From Tubulanus polymorphus (taxonomy: Eukaryota; Animalia; Nemertea): a DNA stretch of 64,000 nt. A model generated the notes under the pieces. That model worked only from the letters and a program-made list of their open reading frames with translations, made no database searches and was not told the DNA's origin. A program made the translations under genes and the position numbers. Position 1 is the stretch's first letter; the number at the start of each line of letters is the position of its first letter. Positions 11,133 to 24,299 of this stretch are shown one piece after another. The stretch is taken from contig NC_134025.1 of NCBI RefSeq assembly GCF_964204645.1, forward strand, positions 19,133,101 through 19,197,100, written 5' to 3'.

Positions 11133-11921
11133 AGTATCATGCGGTACTTTACACAGCCATACTTTATATATATTTAGTCTGATTTTGGCTTATAATGTTA
11201 TGTATTTAAAATAATGAAATGTCTTAATTTGTCATAGTTAATGTTATATCATAAACATATATTCCATATATTGTATCTATAAACTTAGTAACAGTTTGTG
11301 TCAAACATTAATTAGCACCTGCAATTACTATAATCCCACAGACCTGTGTTGCTAATTGGTGTCTGACACTCAACAATTTAAGAGTAGTTATTCTCATATT
11401 ATATTAATGCCAACATGTCTAAACTGTGAGATACATGTCTAGCAAGTATTGTTTATTTAATAACTATGGCTAATTAACTATCAAACTCATGTCTCAGCTA
11501 GTTCTCAGCAGATGGGTATAAATACCCATGGAATGGAACTGCAGTCATTCTATTCTGCTGACAATATACTACATGAACGAGACCTCTGAGTTGCTCTTTA
11601 TTTAATTCAAGGTAAGCCATTTTTATGTCATGTGACCTGAACTCTGGAGATTGTATTAGAGGCATGTTTTGGAGAAATAATCATTTAATATATCTCTTCA
11701 AATGTGCTTTTGATGTATTATACAGAGTCAGATTTATTAGTGGTTAAATCTAGCTTTTGCTTGTAATAAAATATCATATTTTAAGCGTCAAATACTATTG
11801 CTTTTATAAATATTAAAAATATGTAACTTGTAATTATTATAATATTCATTCTATTCTGCTGACAATATACTACATGAACGAGACCTCTGAGTTGCTCTTT
11901 ATTTAATTCAAGGACTGAGAA
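11133..11921 (+). repeat. 3' LTR of element 1
   Basis: Near-identical to 659-1447. Confidence 0.93.
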
Positions 11922-12008
11922 AACAACGGCATCATAAGAGACTTATCACATTGGAAATAAATCCGCCAATATTAGACTGATTGAATCTTGAGACATTACG
12001 CTATAGGG

Positions 12009-12513
12009 ACATACCGACATACCGACAAATCGTCATACCCGTGCGTGGATATATATATATTTATAAAGTGGCTAGGATTGAGGGGCTGCATGTTTGCGTG
12101 GATTACCCTTATATAAAGTGGCTGGGATCGAGGAACTGGGTATGTACGCAGGATAACCTTGTATAAAGTGGCTGGGATCGAGGGGCTGAGTGGTGCATGG
12201 ATTACCCAAGTATACAAAGTGGCTGGGATCGAGGGACTGTGTGGTGTGTGGATTACCCTTATAAAAAGTGGCTCTAATCAAGGGGGCTGGGTGTGTGCGT
12301 GGATTACCCTTATATAAATGTGGCTAGGATCGAGGGGCTGGGTGTTTGCGTGGATTACCCTTGTATAAATTGGCTAGGATCGAGGGGCTTGGTATGTGCG
12401 TGGATTACCTTTATGAAAAGTGGTTAGGATCGAGGGACAGGGTTTTTCCCTTGATTACCCGTGGCTGGATCGAGGGACTACGAGTATGTCGGTTTGTCGG
12501 TATGTCAGTATGT
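12009..12513. mobile_element. Foldback/MITE-like element with internal minisatellite of about 58 bp
   Basis: 34-bp inverted repeats (12009-12042 / 12480-12513, 30/34 match) around about 7 units of TATAAAGTGGCTGGGATCGAGGGGCT...GGATTACCCT. Confidence 0.7.
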
Positions 12514-13149
12514 TGGTTTGTCTTGAAAAGTACACAGCCGAATTACTCCTTTTCTAAAAATGTATCTTTGAGCGGGGAACCATTCCACGCTATACTGGAC
12601 TTGAACCAAGAGGGCTAGAAAGTTTGACTGAAAGTAAACTAGAATGTGGCAATGCTAAGCACTGTATTTTGTGGTGTACAAGTTGACCCGGTGTTTCCAA
12701 ACTACTAGAAACTATCTTAGTATATCAGTAACCTAAACTCTAATTGGTATACGAGTGTAGCCTAACATAAATTAATATTCCATTTCATCATGGCAACCTT
12801 GAACTCTAAACATCGTCAATTGGCATATGAGTCTAGCCTAACATAAATTAATATTCCTTTTTATCATAGCAACCCTGAAGTCTAAATATCATTAGTTTAA
12901 AACGATATTGAAAATGTAGCCGGTGTATCAGTCGACCTAGATTTTTTTAACTTGATTTTTGCTCTCAAAAACTTGACTTATACACTGGGAAATCGGTTTG
13001 TCTCCCTGAGGTAAGCAAACAGTGAATGGGCAAGACATTTGAGACAGGAAACAAACCTATTGCATACTTCATGAACATACTTCATATTCGTTAAAGTCGA
13101 ACACAGATAAACCAGTATTCAATCTCACACCCAAGTTTCATGGATATCA

Positions 13150-13430
13150 ATCAGATATTGCATGCTGTATAGTGCTAACAGGAAAGTAAAAAAATTGCTG
13201 CCTCGGTGGCCATATTTAATGGCCGATGACCTCTATATTTGATAGGGGCGCACATCTCTTCTAGCCAAACCCACCTAAAGTTTATGAAGATCCAACAAGA
13301 ATTATTGGCTGTATAGCGCTAACAAGAAATTAAAGATGGCTGCCCTGGTGGCCATATATGAGGGCAGATAAATCTCCATTTTTAACAGGGACAGACATCT
13401 AATCTGCCCCAATCCTCACACTAAGTTTAA
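13150..13430 (+). repeat. Degenerate tandem dimer of about 145 bp, HINE core-repeat-like
   Basis: CTGTATAGYGCTAACA...GCTGCC..GGTGGCCATAT occurs twice. Confidence 0.5.
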
Positions 13431-16400
13431 AATAAAGGACAATGGGTCGAGCAAGATCAACTGAGAACATTTTACTTTTGAGGTCAAAAATCGATTTGTT
13501 CTCGGATTTGCAATGATGTATAAACAGCTCATAAAGATGAAATCTTGCTGCACTGTAGTAAGCATGTTCAGCTTTGATGATGGTAATTGGTTTTCCCTAT
13601 GACTCACTAGCATGTGGCAGAACAATCAATACTATGTTCATGATAAGAACATCACTTGGAAAGCCCTTCTGAAGAAACAAGGTCAAGCATCAATTAGTAG
13701 AATAGGGAGAAATTCATCTAAATTTTGGACATATTCTCCCAGTACTTCTTTGAGGCTAAGAGCTGATGGACGGAACTCTCCATATTAATTCCAACCCCTA
13801 TCTTCCTCCTAATGAAAAAAATTAGCTGTGTATATTCAAATGGTTACAGTTTGTGCCACCAAGAGCTAATAGAAAGTTACTCTCAGAACCATTCTGTAAG
13901 GATCAACGCAGTTGATCCTGATCCATCAAGAATGAGCACCTAGCACAGGAGACACAGTGTAAAATAAATTGTCACCCCCAACTGGGGAGACATAATCACT
14001 GAGAGTGTTATTTCACTTATATATGTTCATATATACTTACTCATCCCAAAATGTACAGCACTGTTGTTCTCCAGGGTTGCCACAGCAATACGTGTGATCA
14101 TCGCTCATACTGTCATATGTCGGACATATGAATCGTCCCAGGGGAAATTTAGTTAAGTTGCGAACAACTTGAAAATTTGTGCATATTGTAGCTTCTGCAA
14201 TTAAAAAGTTTTTAGACTCTTCATAACAGTAGGACCAAAGGCCTTGACGTCAAAGGATGGATTCTCGAAGGCACCTGGCATATAAGTATCAGTAGCTGGA
14301 AAACACAGCAGCAATACATTTCAAATTATACACAATGTATGGTATGTTTGGACCAATAATTCTGTTAGACATGTACCTACACTTGTTGAAAATGCATGAC
14401 TAAATCGCTTTCAAGAATAAATTTTAATTGCCAGTAAATTTTGAAAATGATTCTTCTTTTTAAATGGATGTGCAATTCAATTTTCACGCCGACAAATCCC
14501 TGTTAGTTTTTCAGGCTGGATGGAGGGAATCGTTTATGAAATCAACCAGTTTTAACTGTCACAACCTTTGATTTTTTCAGCCTGCCGGGAAATTATATAA
14601 GCCTGCTTTTACTTGTAATATGTAAATAATAAAGAGGATATCTCAAAATCTCACTTAGGATTTACTTAGCATATTACATCCACACCATGCCAGGTAATAA
14701 CGGTCATGCTTCATTCACGCATGACTGAGCTTCAATTAATTCTGAAAATTGAAAAACATCAAGCATGCATATTAAAAATCACAAATTCAACACCAGGTCT
14801 ATGAAACAGCTCAATGAGGCGGATGCTGTTGCTTTAAGTTAATTGTTAAATTTCCGATGTTTGAAATTGATAGTTTTAGTGGAATAAAGACTCGCTCAGT
14901 AGCGAGTGTACTTAATAAAACTAAGATAACAGCTGGACACAACTAACAGTGGATGTATTAGTCGAGATCAAAGAGCTTGAAGTAACAATAGTTGTGTGGC
15001 TCAAACCACTGAAAGTGAACAAAACGAGCAGTTAGCAACGTGAGAAACAATCACAGAACAAAGATCCATGACTTCTATCTAGCATAGATTCCAGTGATAA
15101 CAAAACTAGATCGGGCACAGTTTCACTAATTTGAGAGAGTTAGTCAGTTCATCAAAGCACTAACCATACAACTCACCATAATCATAGAACGTGTCACTAG
15201 CATGTCATTTTGTAATATATTGTGGTTACAAAATATGCCTGGGTACCAATGCAATATGAAAATAGTAAGTTATTCGATTATTCATGCCCCTGGAGACCAT
15301 ATACAACAACTGATGACCTGGAAACTCTTCACAATCATAGAACATGTCATGAACTACAATCCAGGAAGAAAAACACTCTAAATATTTGGATGGATATATG
15401 AAAGCTGTGGGTACTGGAGTGTGTAATGGGTAGTGTAGTGTGATCTGTGTGCATTTGTGGCCAGCACACAGATCACATTGTTCAATGGGGTTTGGTCCAG
15501 GACTCGCGAGATTTTCAACAACACGGAAGAAACGTGTAATAAATGATGACTTGAATTGCATGACTACCTACCACCCCTCATTATTGTTGGAAAACTAAAC
15601 GTTCGGCACTGACTAAAAATTAGTAATAACATTTTAGAAATGGCCAGAATTTTAACTTAGGTTCTATCTCATTTTTATTTTACAATTGCGATTGGTATAA
15701 TTTTTTTTTTAACGGCCATTAAGGCTTCATGTTTCGTCTGCAATTCACTGCAAATAGTTACGCAACTACGCACATTTCAGTGTTTTTGGCAGCTGTACAC
15801 TCAATCGGCACCGTTCGTGACTAGCTTCACTGCGGAATTATCATTAATTAACATCGCCATATCACATCATCAACTTATATTGTGCCTTAAAACCCTAACA
15901 GCCGAAATAATTGAAATGCACATACAATTTATATCATTGAAAATTGAGAGAGTGGCCATGTTTGTGTTTGCTGTTTCGCATAAATCCCGTGCGGTGGCGC
16001 AACCACGCGGAGTGGGGCCGATACGTCTAGCCATCGTTTCTGGTGGCAAAATATGCCTAGGCACCAATAAGATATGAAAGTGCTAATTTATTCAGCTATT
16101 CAACACCCCGGTGACCATACTATACATATTGTAATCACACACAACTGCATCATGTTTCATCATGAATATACATGGTAGTGGACTTTCCCCACTGACTCAA
16201 ATAGACACTCTCTATGTTTCGTTGCGTGACGATTTCATTTATTTCATACACTGTTATACGAAGTTCGTTAGGCAATTGATTTTCATAAATTGAACAATTT
16301 CCGAGATTCACTTCCCCCTTTCCCAATTTCACTGCCCTAATGTAATTCACTGCTGTTCACAGCCGCCTACAATGAACCCTGGCAGTTGAATCACTTGCAA

Positions 16401-16899
16401 TTTCCATAAAAACTTTAACTAGGCCACATGCGAGGCATGCTTTTCATGTACATACATGGATCGATACAACACATAGCAGCGAGTATATATGACACGCACG
16501 TGTGTGAAGCATGAATATACGTAACCGGGCAAGTGTTCTTCCAAAACGAAGTACCAACAACAAATAAATAACTTAATCAATAAATTAACTAAGAAATTAA
16601 TAAAGAGAAACTAAGCCTAGGTAGGAAGTTATTTTGTACCAAACGAAGTAAGTTTCATATGCGATAGCAAAATTGACTTCGCTAAAGCGAAAGTCCATAA
16701 TAAAGTACACGTACATGATGTTGACGTCAACCAAAATAAAAGAGTAGATATTTGATTGATGTCGACAATGTCAGCAATGTCTTCAAAAAATAATGTTCTG
16801 TGATCAACTGCATCTAACATGTCCAATATTACTTCCTCGAGTTGAGCATATTGATATATCTAAAATAAGAATGGGACTATTGAGTTGAGCCGTGGAGAG

Positions 16900-19800
16900 G
16901 TCACCCTCACAATCTACTGACGACCGTAAAGATTATTTTAAAGATCTGAAAAACTCTTTGCTGAACAGCAATTAAACACCAATAAAGACTCGCTTCTGAT
17001 CTTTGGAGATTTTACCAGCAAAAATAATCTCTTTGGCAAATCTGACACTACCGACACTCCCGGTCGCCAATTTAAACTTATAATTGACGACTTACATCTC
17101 AATCAAATGATAAATAAACCCACGCGTATCACCCCAGATACCGACTTACTACTAACAGATTCTCCCAGTCATCTTCTACAGCATGATGTTATGGCCCCAA
17201 TCGAAAAATCGGATCACTGCGCTCTCTCTGTTTAACTCAATTTGCATTGCACCGCGCCAAATATAAATGCTGAAAAACTTATCTGGAAATACGACAAATG
17301 CAACCTAGCAGAGCTCAACCGGAGTACTAATACGTACGATTGGAACCCTATTCTCGACAAGAACGTGAATGATTGCTCACTCAAACTGTCAACTAAACTT
17401 ATGGATATCTTCTAAGCCAACATATCACATGTAATTAAAATTATCAAACCATATGACCAACTGTGTTTCATTCCACAATTAAACACGCATATTAATAAGC
17501 GTCAGCATCTATATAAATCTTTTAAACGAACACAAAGCATTTTCCACCTAAATAGATATAATGAATAAGATTCTCTAGTACAGGCAATGATTAAAAATTC
17601 ACAGATCAACTACCAAAATAACTTGCTTAATCGTCTTGATCACGCCGCGACTAAAATTAAAGACTACTGGTTCTTTACAAAAAAACTTATGGGTAATAAA
17701 TTCCAGTCAATTATTCCGCCCTTAACCGACCCTGCCTCTAACAGTACGGTTCATAGTCAAGTTGACAAGGCACATTTATTCCTCAATAATTTGAGAGCGA
17801 AGTGTCACTTGCCAGTTAATAATGACCCTGTGCTGCCTGTTTTTCCAAATAGATGCCCCCACAATATAAATTTACCGCAAATTAATCCAGCTGATGTACG
17901 CAAAGTCATTCTTAATCTTGATACTAACAAAGCATGCGGCTATTACCTAATAACAAATAAGATGCTGAAAATGTGTGTCGATAGTCTATCCTCTATACTA
18001 GCGCGACATTTTAATAAACTTATTGATGAAAGCTCTTTCCCTGAGTGTTGGAAACTTGGAACGGTAACTGTCATCTACAAGAAAGGCTCAGGCTGTAAAT
18101 CTAACTCGGTAAACTAGACCAATAATACTTTTACCCTCATTTCCTAAAGTATTTGAAAGAAGTGTGTACAACAGTATTAGCCACCATTTATTAAGCAACG
18201 ACCTTATCTATGCCAACCAATCTGGTTTCCTTGCGGGTCACTCAACAGCAAACCAGCTATTGGCTATTACATCTTATTCATTCGATAACTTTATCTAATC
18301 GCAACAAACATACTCGCACGGTCTTCTTGGACATTTCTACTGCGTTCAACATTCTTCCTTATTATTCCTCATCCACAAGCTAAGTAGTATCCTACGGTAT
18401 TACTGGAAATGCACTGTCTTTGATTTCAAGCTACCTTGATAACCGCCGGATACGCATAAAAGTCGATTCAACACTCTCGGACATATCTCCGGATGGCGAT
18501 ATCAACACTGGTGTGCCTCAGGGTTTGATCTTGGGTCCTCTTTCATTCCTTCTCTACATCAATGATCTCCCAGATACACTTATCTCTAGAATGTTCCTTT
18601 ATGCAGACGACACCTCTCTACCATTCATCCCCATTGATCCAAATAACCCCAGCGCAGGCAACTCTATACTACAATCGGACCTAGATAAGATTTTTGAGTG
18701 GTCGCAAACCTGGTGCCTATCTTTTAAACCTTCGAAAAGCGTAGATCTTCAGTAAAAAAGACTCTACAAAGTCTGCTGCGCTGACTTTGGGAAACGAAGT
18801 CATTGCGAGTAAAAAACCAACAAACATTTAGGATTCGTCTTCAACGAAAATCTCTCGTTTAATGTTTAATGAGTCTCAGGCAAATAAGGTGCAAAAATTA
18901 ATAAATCCACTGAAGTATTTATCCCGGTTTGTTACATCCCTTCATCTCAATAAGATTTATTCGTCTTTCATTAGCCCCCATTTCGACTATGGAGATATTT
19001 TGTATAACAGTGCAAGTAAAGCCTCTCTCGCGAAACTGGACCAAGTCCACCAATCAGCAGCCCTTTGCATTTCCGCGTGTATCGGTGGCTCGAACTCTAG
19101 CAAAGTCCTTTCTTGTCTTAACTGGAAATATTCATAGATATTCATAGGAAAGAACGACTCCAAACACATATGTACCGACTCACATCAGGAAATATTCCCA
19201 CTTATGTCTCTACTATCTTTGATACAGACAAATCGGTTCTACCTCACTTCATCAGAAATCCTTGACCCTTGACCATACAAGCCAGCACTAGTGCAAAAAT
19301 TTGTTCATCCCCTCCTTTTCACTCATTGACACGTGGAATAACACCAACAATAATCTTCGCTCGCTGACTATGCTTTCTTTATTCAAGTCGCATATTAAAC
19401 ATCAAGTTTCGACTGCTGTTCCAACCTACTTGATTAAGGACATAAACCGTGAGGAAGAAATTTCACTCAACCGATTATGCGCCGACCTCCTTTTAAAATC
19501 TCAATTCTATGCTCACAACTTTATCAATGTCCGTATCCTTCATGCAACTTATGTAACAAACCAGCTAACGCAAAACACTTCCTGCTTGAATGCCAGTAAC
19601 AGTCACCTGGCCACAAAACAAAAATAGACACCCTGTTTTCATCATTTGACAATGAAATAACATTTCACACAATCACATTTCCAATCTCACTGAAACCAAT
19701 AAGATAAACTTCTTACTAAACGGCAACATCTCCCCTTTCGACCTTCAAACTAACACTCAAATGCTAAACAATGTTTCAAAATTTATTCACAGTAACTACC

Positions 19801-20055
19801 AACAATTCCGACAATAGACCTTTAAGTACAGTATCTACTCTGTTAGCCATTTCATGTAAACCCAACAAGCATGTTATATATCTAAATTTATGCCAGGTTT
19901 ATGCTGAATTTGTAACTTGTAAATGTTTAATTTAACCTTTTTGCCTATAATGTACTTGTACCCTGGCTATGGTATTTATAATATTAATATTAGACATTAT
20001 AATATAATATCATAATGTCTAATATTTTTCGGAATAAACATAACTTAATAAAATA
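16900..20055 (+). mobile_element. Decayed, 5'-truncated CR1/L2-clade LINE (ORF2: APE endonuclease plus RT)
   Basis: GDF, PTR and SDH endonuclease motifs; QSGF, GVPQG.ILGP.LFLLYINDL and YADD RT motifs over several broken frames; AATAAA-rich tail. Confidence 0.9.
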
Positions 20056-20532
20056 ATTTGCCACAGGCAAACTGTTTTACCTTTCTACTATCCACAAGAA
20101 CGTACAATTATACATGTATTAATTTTGATTTTCACTTGCGTGGCTGTTAGTTTTTAGTTTAAATATGTCCAGAAAACTATAAGGGCTCTGGGAAGCATGA
20201 CACAAAATTTGGAATCGGCTGTCGGAATTCTTTGTATTTAGCATAAACATCCAAGAAGCCAATTAAACAGTTCCAGAATTCTCATTTGAGGCCTACCAGC
20301 TCATTTTTTTCCTGATGAATGTGGCAATATTTTCCTATAGTCTTAGATTTTACGCAATGCTCTATCCAATCATTCCAGCAGTTTCAAACGGCATCTTAAA
20401 TGCAGATAGGCCTAGATGATGAGACAGCACAAATACTCATCAGAAAGTGGCAAACCATAATTTATTGACTTTTTGAAATTGCCATATAATATATTTTTAG
20501 AACAAATAAACATTGAATATTTTATCATACAG

Positions 20533-20641
20533 GATCCAGTTCCACAGTTCCGAATTAAGATTTGACTCTTGAGTTAACTTATTGAAAGTGAACTATCTTT
20601 AACTCAGAGTTGACTCCAACCCACAACTGTGGAACTGGGTC
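20533..20641. mobile_element. PIF/Harbinger-like MITE
   Basis: 17-bp TIR GAYCCAGTTCCACAGTT with CAG 3-bp TSD; related half copy at about 37387-37455. Confidence 0.7.
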
Positions 20642-22853
20642 CAGGAGTCTACAATTTTGCTGTCTCTGAAAAATTTCAAGCTCAACCATTCAGAACAGAA
20701 TATTTCCTGAAAAAAGATAAAAATTCAAGTTAAAAAACAGAAAATATCAAAACTTAATTGGCAATTAATTAACTGTTTTTAAAACGGTCAATTTCCCATT
20801 CTAGAAGATCTAAAAACCTTTTGAGTATGTGGAACTAAGTGGACACATTCTACTCCTTTGCTTACCCAGATACCGTAATGTATAGTACATGGATATACAT
20901 TATTGTTATGGTTTTACGTCAAGAAACAGCGATTTTACCAGACCTTGACAAAGTTATATAATATTTAAGTATACATCGACAAAGTATCTAACGAAATTAA
21001 AATAGGAGCACACTTATTTATAGATGCCACAGAAATAGTTCATATGAATATCAACGACAATAAAGCGTTCCTAATAAAGCTTATTTCAATTTAAGACTTT
21101 TTTCTTAGGAACAGACACCGTATGACAGTATTTTTAGTACGCACTAGGAGAGTACAGTAGCGCAGCGCGCGTACAAAAGTGAATACAGAGTATACATACA
21201 CTTTGTCATGCACCGCAGTGTGTATGTACGTACGTTAGATATATGGATTACATACTAGCTGATTTACGTAGTCCGCGGGTTTTAACGTGTATGCGCTGTT
21301 AGGCAAAGTGCCAAAATACCACAAAAACATCGTCAAACACACTAATTAGCCTACGGCAATAGCAAATGAAAAAGCGCATACAACTGTGTGGAACCAATTA
21401 ACTTTCATTTCCACAAAAACGATGCCAAACATTTGTCGACTGCCTCTCTCCAAAAATGGCCTTGTCGCCGCCGGCTCGGGCTGGTGCCATCGTCTATTAC
21501 TTTTTCAAAGAAAGAATGTATTTTGAAGTCAAAATAAGCTAATGACAAGACAAAGCCAAGCTAGGACTATAGAAATTGCCAAATTTACTAATTAGGAGAT
21601 ACTAAATTAGATATTTACTCCATTATAATCCTCACAAACGAACTAACTAAGCTCGGCACGAATGTCAAATAAATTGCTTGCCATTTTATGACTCCGAAAA
21701 TTACGTCAGAGGTGCAGAAATTTTGGGAAATTCGGAGTATTTGTATATACGTTGGAAACACAAATATAGGTCAACACAAGTAACTAATAGAAAGCATAGA
21801 ATTTTCGATGTTTTATCGCTTTTTCTCGAAAAGTATTGCATCATCTGTTCGAAGCTTACGACCTCCGCGCATCAATTCTTCTTGCTTCACGATAAAAGAC
21901 AACCCCGTAAGTATTACCACTAAATTTTGTGCTGCGAATTAACATACTCTTGGCAGACTACCAACCAATAGCGATAACATAGGTAAACCAAAAATTCAAA
22001 TCATGCCTACGCGTCTAACATTTTATTATTACTTTTATCTGCCAATAATCCCACAGGACAATTTTATGGGAAAATCCAGATTTTAGGATGTTTGCTGGCT
22101 TTTTGGATTATTACGAAACGTGCATCTTCATCCGTCAAAGAAATTCGAAACCCACTAAGCTTAAGTCGTTCCCCGAACCCTTGACTTGAGTCGTTACTAG
22201 CCGACTACCAATCCAGTTGTACCTATCACAGCGCTTGCAACAAACAACTTTAGGCTTCTGTTGGAATTCCTGTTGAATGGACCATTCAGCGAACGTTTTT
22301 TTACCGAACAAGGAAGTATTTTGCAAATCTATATATGACGTCATGCGCAACAGCGCCAGTAATGAAATCACATGTCGTGAGGCCAGGAGGCTGGTGGAAG
22401 CGAGTTCCGGGAATGATACCGGACCCCTGGCAAGCGAGGATGTGGAACATGTGGATTCATCACCTGTCATCAGATATGAACCCCTGCTTCTGCTCCATGT
22501 ATGGCAACTATTTCTAAGTGACTGAATGCTGGCAAGTGACCACGCATCTGTAGAAATTTGCCATTATTCCCTCCCCCTTTAATCTGACTGGGGACAGACA
22601 TGCTTTTTGCTCTTGGCCTTTTAGAATTTTGAAGCAGAAAGGATGAGGCTGGTTGTTTATATGACCTGAAGCTGGTGCAGAACATGGATCTCAGTGGTTT
22701 TCTTCATGCATAAGAATTGGACATCTATTTTACAGAAAAAGCAAAGCAAAAGGCATGGTGGGGTTAAATAACGGCAAAAGAAAGGCACACAACACTAACT
22801 GTAACACCAAGATGTTTTTTCTGCAAATTTTATGTGTATTTCAGATTAGAAAT

Positions 22854-23832
22854 AACAAGAGGCCCATGGGCCTTGAGGCATTGGTAGATTATACTGTGGT
22901 AAGGTATTAAGTGGTTATAATCTTTTACATCTGCCGACAAATATTCTATGACGATGTTGATTGGGAGGACCACAGACTTGGTCAATTTGTGTTAGTAAAA
23001 TTTTCATTTATGCTGGAAATGAATTTCATTCATCTGCCAAATGATTTGGCCTACGCTATTTGCAATGTTAAACCTCAATAATGCAAATCTGTTAAATAGA
23101 CGAAACTAGTTTATTCTGATGTTTTCCATCATGTCCCAGCCAAGATATTTTTATCAATCAAGATTTGGAAAAACCCATTTTTTTCGCATGAACTGTTAGG
23201 CCCTACTGAATAATGACAACAAAACAGAACAATTTTTCTGAATGCAATTGCAAGATCCTCTGATGAATAATAGGTACGTAGATCAACCGGTCAAACGTAC
23301 GCATGCAAAACATCACGCGGAGAGCGATGCCAGCTTTGGTGTCACTGAGGCCAGCTGTTTATTGTTAGTTTGTCTTTTTGTTTATTTGGCTTTACGTCGT
23401 TTGGCCGGATCTTAGTTTCCCAAGACTAACCCAATTGGATTGCAACTAAAGATTTCACAGAAATCGATCTTGAAATACTATTTTAGATCTCATAATAAAA
23501 CCCGGAAGTAAAACGGTAGACGATACCGCAGGTTCACACGTGAACACCTGCTGATCTCTGCGGCTAAGCCAATCACAGAGGAGTCTTTGCTTTCTGATTG
23601 GCTTTTTAAAACAGATATTTTTGCGTTCCAATTTTCGCGAGAAAGCTCATATAAATTAGGCCCTCTTTTAAAATTCAGCTTTATAGGGGTTGGAGAAAGG
23701 ATAATGCTCTAATGAATGATTTGTATGAATATATGCTCAGTTGCATTGTCAAAAGAGCCTTAGCTCTGGAAACCATGTCATTTAAATTCGCTCAATTTGT
23801 TTAGTAATAGGCTCAGCCTACGGCTGGCCTAT
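22854..23832 (+). mobile_element. HINE-like element (family B, composite)
   Basis: 5' AACAAG plus palindrome AGGCCCATGGGCCT shared with 51858-52320; 3' end shared with 4973-5051. Confidence 0.7.
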
Positions 23833-23879
23833 TAAAATTATCTATCTTCATTGGTGATATCGTATCATTGTGGTAGCCT

Positions 23880-24205
23880 ACCATTTACCGTTAGATGTTT
23901 TGTGTCATCATGAAATGGTTTTAACTTAAGTAAAGGCATTCCAGCACGATCACATAATTTACCTATACAGGTATATAAGAGTAGGCCTGCCGTTCCACTG
24001 CTCTAGAAATACATATTCTGACGCTGAGAATTAATCCCAATTAATCCCATGGCTACTGATAGTTGGAATATTCCAACACTATGATATTTATAAATCGGAG
24101 ATACATAATTTTATGTTTTTTTAAATGTTTTTCATTTCAGAAGAGGGCATTCCCGATTCTTCACTGCCAATGTCAATGCGGACATATCACTACGCGATTG
24201 TTTAA
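23880..24205 (+). repeat. Dispersed repeat, insertion target of LTR element 2
   Basis: Homologous to about 53280-53630; homology stops at TTTAA|TGTGGC. Confidence 0.7.
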
Positions 24206-24299
24206 TGTGGCGGCGAGTACTTCGAATTAATATTATGCGCGACGCGGACTTTGATCTTGACCAGCTTGTGGCGCCACCGTGCTTCAATTCAGGGGATCC

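Larger units (their letters stand above)
659..11921 (+). mobile_element. Ty3/Gypsy LTR retrotransposon with env-like gene (errantivirus-like), defective
   Basis: Two 789-bp direct repeats enclose gag, PR-RT-RH-IN and an env-like ORF; PPT precedes the 3' LTR. Confidence 0.95.

Noticed and set aside
13430-13950. Possible decayed coding sequence on the minus strand
   Set aside because: Multiple stops and no motif I can assign with confidence.
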